A stretch of 32,994 bases of DNA. Source: a virus. Its lineage: Duplodnaviria > Caudoviricetes. Within the stretch, counting starts at the first letter, position 1, and each line of letters begins with the position of its first letter. Under the pieces are notes generated by a model, which ran no database searches, was not told the DNA's origin, and saw only the letters and a list, made by a program, of their open reading frames with translations. The stretch is from IMG/VR virus record IMGVR_UViG_3300030332_000766, positions 1 to 32,994 of that record; one strand, given 5' to 3'. Below, one piece after another: positions 29,601 to 32,994 of the stretch. The translations under genes were made by a program, and so were the position numbers.

Positions 29601-29791
29601 AAAGTTTAAACAATGAACACGCTGCATGGCAAAGAGTTCTTATGTTTTTAGGTTGGAGTCAATATAATCTTGGTATTAAAAATCCGGAAATAGAACGAGT
29701 TAAAGCAAAATTGAAAAAGAAAAAAGATAAAGAGAAGAAGAATGGTACAACAAAAAGAAAAACAGAAAAAAGAAAAATACTAACACCTTAA
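20654..29791 (+). CDS. Giant multidomain (polyvalent) ejection-type protein, 3045 aa: hydrophobic/coiled-coil region, HExxH peptidase, sigma-like segment, HNH-like segment, HAD phosphatase with inserted P-loop kinase, helical C-terminus
   Basis: HELQH at 23699-23713. HAD motifs: DLDDT 26591-26605, LTAR 27422-27433, FADD 27587-27598. Walker A GGAGSGKS at 26693-26716. It is the third and largest gene of the ejection-like trio. Confidence 0.7.
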   Translation: MEELDLILQQYVATANNPEYNLDWDVINSKFADEFEKYGWDENVMKSYVKTANNPKYNKNWDVINNKFPEFKTKSTNVSKWGGMVKFTKPGGEVVYGTGEKAGYRKPKSVKEAIANIFNIQADINENTPEVIDVIAEEYFKLPSGYTKRAKTTATGLQGATTTTINVPREPTDEEIKNHFEGVDASGKGTGDFSKYEQYKEYQRTKVFNLDWVDEGTKLNAVNYYKSQKSQQYAGNIDDDEIRTAAEDAIQDGQIDMFGPGEEEWVEKFQKAVERDRALIKASKDIAPSKLERLFNMAAPETFVKESLSRNLQTLGKDSEAEKVLNEFINQKFSTLNKEAKVWETDRKTFENVQNKYQGEIDRLKREFEDLGEVNEYSSAKAIAKYNEIVAKTNSIIEKFTKETEGLDIMGRQTELLSKYDKAQKVYERITDSNIAIKAFAFDYSFSERALLYMEKSILGDIGTLALGALGGIIGITEVATRHTATGEFHEDVKKLQNHFNNTYAAHINYNESLDNHMQSTLPLNIPWRDVGLDNIGEVSSQLLGNNVFSILSALTYGGAIRAGINPVTATRALTRTFFTVEAGAKLSQMEIAQKNAEENKKILEAALPSAITQDERLEILEQISAQDKALNVTQVQKAFSTILYGGIAAYAERLGTMGYVRRLNTMIQAASRPSIRNAIKGTGAFAFNSGIEYVEEFVTQVGHNLTDIAILKQNKSLMTGIDAEFNMNVLFSTFAIQAPSTGMNIYNSITNEISSRKDIAEKREIRNEVLEWLAVLEKDNKRPKGKRLLSNDERFNIEQTINRLLKGASVIEARQYANAAQLTRAEVDALFDAQTRKRDKLAEIRDLGASAAGETEDSKYIKRRRKILIGDVNQIDNEIDELLRKPEERNKKTVEEVLGKENAKAETHFYFGKYQAAKQIGKGLGTQVTFKDDIVDEERVEGSGYAKLEKYLNEQLKKGNITLQFKNDVLAGVKEGNYALHIGNTTVLMEDLIIEGIQGASSNLVRSLIAYSPFHELQHINDIATGLVKDGDVIESQKAVVAGIEDHLENLHKRGKINDKDYRFIKDRIASYTKDNGGNVNLKELLTIAGELKDAGVLSQESRDPLLSLKILLNKFIRRNFGDREMFFKLQSTEQVLQYIDSFQRGVRGSRLMLGPEEETEKVNFSKVYQEVEAMYNEEAWADPKKKSDLALQMAYTLIPEVTRRMQNVNLNKFEKEEIAIEFATHDQRGLFGLIKKYDKEVNDSIMGYLNSWQTTNKGRFKLLDLRLIDFYRNHPKYGNIIMAMEEEGVGAQVAKLTDETNLENALEDDTKKPKTDVLKVGKVAAKEQDIIEAVNEKGDFRNVIDNNVGTVGNIIFNIPAEKIADPTKNITTSDKIISPKTGKPVKKGERGILEPSEAKSIQDHFADVNTTKKFIQLLNRTNVTEKDADVNKVGENIDVSRDVYGRAIGLPRRILDYFYRPKFKPNGKPVRSQGKTSQVRIWELKPDFVGLNDEQLTKAAEQFQKDLGITGKQQVNKLPTKADRSKIGQLLKGAAVVVSQQASLSAAQRKLEAAKAEKQKIADITAAQSKIAFNKVVNNVDQMHEGVIETTFEGELDRANKLLVDLIGEGLFKHGDQTEIDNYFEQIETVVLGKMPKNMFGAKPETVYSFLYPSERILPRKGENKIVLRNGKQTTVKDYFNIQRRKLRDKIKAGKVKFGPKFEGKGAEYVYGKTYGQMYGGNHPANSLEYVRAVEKAFYDGTREKYNEIHASMHYQFMARVNESIRSNRKNAKVWGNYFSLVGLNTEHPFRMGAEWNLFSENPIGSDNKGNTNRNKEGFKFYEWEHAMMATRTYLYLLQMSLEQVEGKYFDFDLAYNEVMENFKLIALDNYDDKVKLGGSGRQKTMGEDWRFFTNWWGDRYWDIPVAGIKGKNGYGINPKSLLGKDRKTAAEIYNINIEGKSRPLKTGITETRKLNTAIRIARTPSFSKVVRGMSAWDLDDTLARTKSGVWYTLPNPEGTPQPGRKVIFLAGGAGSGKSNVVKQLDLVSQGFRVVNSDISLEWLKKNSGLPANMNDLTSEQLSMLGKLQWEARQIALGKQMKYQGKGDGVVIDGTGASLSVMNEQVQEFKDKGYDVQMIFVETSLETALERNIARKERTLKESIVTKNHEAVQNNKEAFRELFGNNFAEVKTDNLEIDDPMPSNLVSRVDAFTKGYIKDRLLPGEYADKGAGLAAQGAEFDFREFDQIIEGEQGPLFGKALNRAKKYGLKDQFILTARPHAAKIPIYEFLKSQGLHIPLKNIVTLENSMAEAKALWIAEKVGEGYNDIYFADDALQNVRAVENMMNQFDIKGKVQQAKISFNKVVDEQFNQILEDVTGIDAGKRFSQVKGRKRGATKGRFRLFIPPSHEDFAGLLYNFMGKGKKGDAHRNFFEKALIRPLNRAFREIDLARQSIANDYKSLNKEFPNIKKKLARKTPDGDFTYSDAIRVYLWDKHGYSIPGLSNTDQQTLVDLVMEDSELQVYAETLNVISKRKDYVSPTNGWESGDIRMDLDDATGRVGRKQFFTEFNENAEVIFSEENLNKIEAAYGSSFREALEDILYRIQTGKNRPKGQNKTVNMFMNYLNGSVGVVMFLNMRSAVLQQLSIVNYINFADNNIFAAAKAFANRKQYWADWASIFNSDMLKQRRGGIRTDVNAADLVETLRGSRFTGRILIAKLLKLGFTPTQIGDSMAIATGGATYYRNRINVYLGEVNEVTGKKHTQKEAEAKAWTDFQDITQSTQQSARPDMVSQQQASPIGKLVLNFQNITSQYNRFGKKAFLDIYNRRITPPNKTLLQSNISNMSRIMYYFIAQNLIFYTLQTALFAALFSDDEEDEEFFTRKRERLINGSIDSVLRGSGWQGAVIATLKNMAMKFAAQRGVKYNPDESSVLMEMLNVSPVVGIKAREVSNAEKTLNYNKKVIEEMETFDIDNPLWSAVTNYIEAITNAPVNRLYKKTQNVRQSLNNEHAAWQRVLMFLGWSQYNLGIKNPEIERVKAKLKKKKDKEKKNGTTKRKTEKRKILTP
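20684..20867 (+). repeat. Tandem ~36-aa N-terminal repeat in the giant protein
   Basis: YVATANNPEYNLDWDVINSKF and YVKTANNPKYNKNWDVINNKF. Confidence 0.85.
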
Positions 29792-30852
29792 TGAAAAAAC
29801 TAATACTATTATTTTTATTGATATGTAATCTTGCTGCAGCTCAAGATGTTAAAAAACTATTTAAATTTTCTACATTTTATGTGGCGGTAAATGGAGGTAC
29901 GTCTCTATCAGATGTTGATGTGTTCTCTATAAACAATGGATTGTCAACACAAACTGTTGAAACGCCCTATGATTACAACATAACACTAGGTATTCGTAAG
30001 ATAGCTAGATTTGGTTATGAAAACAAAGCAAATACATTTTACGATGGTACTGAATCTAATTATAGTGATGCCGCTACTGTAGGTAAAGTAAAAGGTTTTG
30101 AATATCTATTTGAAACAGATATAAAACGACAAGAAGGAGTTACTTATTTAGATCAACATCATTTTATTAGATATAGTTCTGATGATGACTGTGATGGGCC
30201 ACTATGCGTAAATCATGCTACGGTGAAAGTTGAATACTTACAAGATGGTTTCGCGGACGTAGAATATTTTGAAGCATCGGAAAGGTATAGATATAAGCTC
30301 AACAAAAAATTATCTTTTAACATCGGAGCTTCTCAAAGATTAGCAGAACCTTATGGTTATGAACCATTGGCAGAATGGATGTTAGATAATGGTAATTTAC
30401 ATTATACTTATCTAGCATTACAAGAGGGATATAACGTAGATGTATATAATTCTGTATATACAGATCCAAATGGTAAAGTGGTTGCTACTAGTCCTGAGGT
30501 TTGGGAGGCAGTTGTTATACCTCAAGTACTATCAGATTATGTGGATAAGAAAAGAGATGCGTTAGATAAAAAAATACAACAATCTTTAGTAATTGGTTTT
30601 GATTTATACCATTACAAAAAGAATTTTTGGGTACATTCTTGGGGTAATATAATGCCTTGGCATTACGATGATGGAGGAGAGTTTATGTATCACAATAGCG
30701 TAGATGGACAATGGTATGATTATTCAGGTGGATTAATATTTGGATATAAATTAAACAAGAGCTTAGGATTATTTGTGGAAGGTAAGTACAATAAGTATTG
30801 GAATAGAGAATGGTATGACTTTAAGTGTGGTATAAACTATGTAATCTTTTAG
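29791..30852 (+). CDS. Signal-peptide protein, probable outer-membrane beta-barrel
   Basis: Sec signal MKKLILLFLLICNLAAA|Q (Gln at +1), alternating aromatic beta strands, and a C-terminal beta-signal 'GINYVIF'. Overlaps the previous gene by TAATG. Confidence 0.65.
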   Translation: MKKLILLFLLICNLAAAQDVKKLFKFSTFYVAVNGGTSLSDVDVFSINNGLSTQTVETPYDYNITLGIRKIARFGYENKANTFYDGTESNYSDAATVGKVKGFEYLFETDIKRQEGVTYLDQHHFIRYSSDDDCDGPLCVNHATVKVEYLQDGFADVEYFEASERYRYKLNKKLSFNIGASQRLAEPYGYEPLAEWMLDNGNLHYTYLALQEGYNVDVYNSVYTDPNGKVVATSPEVWEAVVIPQVLSDYVDKKRDALDKKIQQSLVIGFDLYHYKKNFWVHSWGNIMPWHYDDGGEFMYHNSVDGQWYDYSGGLIFGYKLNKSLGLFVEGKYNKYWNREWYDFKCGINYVIF

Positions 30853-30855
30853 ACT

Positions 30856-31077
30856 ATGGCATATAAACAATCACCATTCCCAATGGTAAACGGGACAGAA
30901 GGACATAATAAGTATAGAGAACGCCAGCTCAAAAAAGCTGCGAGGTTGACAGCAAAAGGTAAAGATAGTAGAGCAGACATAGCAAAAGCTAAGGCTGCAG
31001 CGGGTAGTAGAAAAGCTTGGAAGAGAGCAAAAAGAAACTTCTCTAGTGTGCGGCCTTTATACTTTGACATGGATTAA
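30856..31077 (+). CDS. Small basic hypothetical protein
   Basis: 73 aa, K/R/A-rich, starting MAYKQSPF; co-oriented and tightly packed with its neighbours. Confidence 0.55.
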   Translation: MAYKQSPFPMVNGTEGHNKYRERQLKKAARLTAKGKDSRADIAKAKAAAGSRKAWKRAKRNFSSVRPLYFDMD

Positions 31078-31115
31078 AATAAAACTTGATAAATAACACA
31101 AAAACAAATCAAAAA

Positions 31116-31661
31116 ATGGCAAAAAATCCTTTTAAATTAAGATCAGGAAATTCTCCTTTATTTAAACATGTGGGGTCCTCTCCAGCGAAGCAAGAAGTAA
31201 GAAACCTTACTAAACAAGAAATCAAAAATAAAATGACTATGGGGCACCCACCTCTAGTTGGTGGTGGATCGAAGTTAGTAAAATGGGGTAAAAAAGCTTT
31301 AAAGTCTATGGACCTTGGAACAAAAACAGAACGTTTAACAGCCTTAGTTGAAGCAGGACTTGGAGCGGGTTTAATAAGCTATCTCCAAAGTGATGAGGTA
31401 CGGGAACATGTGATTGGTACCCAAAGTAAAGGTCCTGGAGATACGATAATGAGAAAAAAAGAAAGAAAGCAAAGGAGCATAGGAGAGAATCTGGTAAAAA
31501 CACCTATTGGTACTGTTCCTCTGGGTTCTGAAGATATCGCTGGTGATCGACCACATCATTATAGAAAAGCCAACATACATATACCAGTAGATAAAAGGGA
31601 AAGTAGGGGTGGGGTTAGCTTGAAAAATATATGGAGAGAACTACGTAACATAAATGAATAA
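31116..31661 (+). CDS. Basic hypothetical protein with an 'FKLRSGNSPLFK...SPAKQ' leader (start reassigned to ATG 31116)
   Basis: The track start at 31086 is TTG. An in-frame ATG at 31116 follows an A-rich leader like other genes in the window. Confidence 0.55.
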   Translation: MAKNPFKLRSGNSPLFKHVGSSPAKQEVRNLTKQEIKNKMTMGHPPLVGGGSKLVKWGKKALKSMDLGTKTERLTALVEAGLGAGLISYLQSDEVREHVIGTQSKGPGDTIMRKKERKQRSIGENLVKTPIGTVPLGSEDIAGDRPHHYRKANIHIPVDKRESRGGVSLKNIWRELRNINE

Positions 31662-31673
31662 AAATAGATAAAT

Positions 31674-31949
31674 ATGGCGAAAGAATTAAACGAAAACACT
31701 GGCTTCACAGTTAGTATAAAAACACTAATAGCTATCGGCGCTGCAATATCTACAGTAATAGGTATGTGGTTTATGCTACAAGCGGATATTACAGAAGCAA
31801 AAGAATTACCAAAAGCTGATGTAACCCGAATGGAGTTTGATATGAAAGACCAAATGATTAGACAAACCATCTTAACCACACAAGAAGATGTGACAGAGAT
31901 TAAGGGAGATATAAAACGTATTGAAGAAAAAATCGATAAATTAAATTAG
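31674..31949 (+). CDS. Single-TM membrane protein with a C-terminal coiled coil (possibly holin/lysis-related)
   Basis: TM segment IKTLIAIGAAISTVIGMWFML, then the heptad-rich 'EDVTEIKGDIKRIEEKIDKL'. Confidence 0.5.
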   Translation: MAKELNENTGFTVSIKTLIAIGAAISTVIGMWFMLQADITEAKELPKADVTRMEFDMKDQMIRQTILTTQEDVTEIKGDIKRIEEKIDKLN

Positions 31950-31950
31950 G

Positions 31951-32313
31951 ATGATAAACATAGATGAAGCATGGAAGATATTTATAACATACATGTTTAT
32001 AATCTTCTTTGTTCTTTTGGCAAATGTGGCTTGTGGCCAAATAAAAATTATACACTTCAACGCTAGTTGGAATAGTACTAATGATGTTAACTGGTTAGGT
32101 AAATTATCTGACTGTAAGACTATATCGTATATTGATATTGCAAAAAACGTTGAGGCACAAAAAGAATATAAAATATCTGCCGTACCTACTATTATAATGT
32201 TTAAGGATGGTGAAGAAGTTAAACGCTTCCAAGCTGATTTAAGTTTTAAAATGGTAGCAACAAGAGAAGAAGTACAAGATGAAATTAATGAACAACTAAT
32301 GAGTGATTTTTAA
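31951..32313 (+). CDS. Exported/membrane-anchored thioredoxin-fold protein lacking CxxC
   Basis: Hydrophobic N-terminus. 'HFNASWNSTN' sits where F.A.WCxxC is expected, and 'YKISAVPTIIMFKDGEEVKRF' is the thioredoxin cis-Pro strand signature. Confidence 0.7.
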   Translation: MINIDEAWKIFITYMFIIFFVLLANVACGQIKIIHFNASWNSTNDVNWLGKLSDCKTISYIDIAKNVEAQKEYKISAVPTIIMFKDGEEVKRFQADLSFKMVATREEVQDEINEQLMSDF

Positions 32314-32314
32314 C

Positions 32315-32994
32315 ATGAAAAAAATACTATTAATACTATCCTTATGTTTATCAACAATGATAAGCGCACAACTACCAAACTTGAGTATTGCTCCTGATTG
32401 GACACTAACGGATGTTAATGGTACTACGCATAGTTTGTATGATTACTTAGATAATAATTATACAGTGTTTTTAGATTTCTCAGCTGTGTGGTGTGGTCCA
32501 TGTTGGAGTTATCATACCGGCGGAGCACTTGAAGATTTATATACGAATCACGGTCCTAGTGGTTTCCCTAGTGTAAGCGCTAACACAACAGATGATGTAA
32601 TGGTGTTTATGATTGAGGGAGATGCAAACGCCCTTGCTTGTATATATGGTGTAGGATGTAATACACAAGGAGACTGGGTCGCGGGAACACCTTATCCTAT
32701 ATTTTGTACGGATGGAACTATGAACAACGATAACGTTACATCGGCATATGCTATTTCTTACTGGCCAACTATATATATGATTTGTCCAGATAGAATACTA
32801 ATAGAAGCAGGTCAAAGTAATAGTCCATATAATCTTTTAAATTGTAATCCAGCGGCAAATCTTGTAAACGATCCTAAAGTAATGTCTTACTCAGGCGCTT
32901 CTATTCAATGTGATGGAACTCTTGCTCCTGAAGTAACTATTATGAATAATGGAATTAATAATTTAGTATCGTTAGATGTTGAGGTAGATGTTTC
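32315..32994 (+). CDS. Secreted TlpA/redoxin-like thioredoxin-fold protein (WCGPC), 3' truncated, missing from the ORF track
   Basis: Translated by hand: MKKILLILSLCLSTMISAQLPNLSIAPDWTLTDVNGTTHSLYDYLDNNYTVFLDFSAVWCGPCW...YAISYWPTIYMICPD... The frame stays open to the end of the window. Confidence 0.8.
   Translation, partial: MKKILLILSLCLSTMISAQLPNLSIAPDWTLTDVNGTTHSLYDYLDNNYTVFLDFSAVWCGPCWSYHTGGALEDLYTNHGPSGFPSVSANTTDDVMVFMIEGDANALACIYGVGCNTQGDWVAGTPYPIFCTDGTMNNDNVTSAYAISYWPTIYMICPDRILIEAGQSNSPYNLLNCNPAANLVNDPKVMSYSGASIQCDGTLAPEVTIMNNGINNLVSLDVEVDV

Noticed and set aside
20654-29791. Virion RNA polymerase as in crAss-like phages
   Set aside because: I found no convincing catalytic DxDxD (DFDxD/NADFDGD) motif. 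'TFDID' near the C-terminus lacks the first Asp, and DLDDT fits HAD motif I. A very divergent RNAP cannot be fully excluded without profile searches.
31086-31115. TTG start given in the ORF track
   Set aside because: The A-rich stretch looks like a ribosome-loading leader, so ATG 31116 is the more plausible start.
870-31879. Minus-strand ORFs and nested short plus-strand ORFs in the track (e.g. 2642-2995, 7256-7459, 15436-15639, 18613-18924, 31559-31879)
   Set aside because: All are antisense or out-of-frame shadows of longer, motif-bearing + strand genes and have no recognisable features.
1-32994. Stop-codon reassignment (common in Crassvirales)
   Set aside because: Standard code 11 gives long, tightly packed ORFs. 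TAG and TGA end genes at sensible boundaries (17672, 18228, 30852, 31949).
1-32994. tRNA, rRNA, CRISPR arrays, integrase or IS elements
   Set aside because: Intergenic gaps are under about 75 nt and are occupied by terminators or leaders. I saw no such motifs.

Overview
This AT-rich 33 kb window is the virion-morphogenesis arm of a tailed dsDNA phage. The gene order and protein sizes resemble crAss-like or marine Flavobacteria podoviruses, and a Bacteroidota host is inferred from the A-rich translation starts with no Shine-Dalgarno and from Bacteroidota-style signal-peptide genes. All credible genes are on the + strand. In order they encode: terminase large subunit (5' truncated), portal, acidic scaffold-like protein, major capsid protein, head/neck/ring proteins, a 2213-aa tail muzzle/stabilization-type protein with a Cys-rich repeat extension, an Ig-domain protein, a cupin, and three putative ejection proteins. 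A cluster of envelope and redox genes follows (beta-barrel OMP, membrane protein, Cys-less thioredoxin fold, secreted WCGPC thioredoxin-fold protein). The most striking element is the 3045-aa third ejection-type protein, which reads like a self-processing injected polyprotein. It has an HExxH zincin-like peptidase, then modules separated by four copies of a linker motif x-F-[S/N]-K-V-[V/Y]: a sigma-70 region-2-like segment, a His-Me/HNH-like segment, and a HAD phosphatase with an entire zeta-like P-loop kinase inserted at its cap position. All domain calls come from reading motifs by eye; no searches were run.
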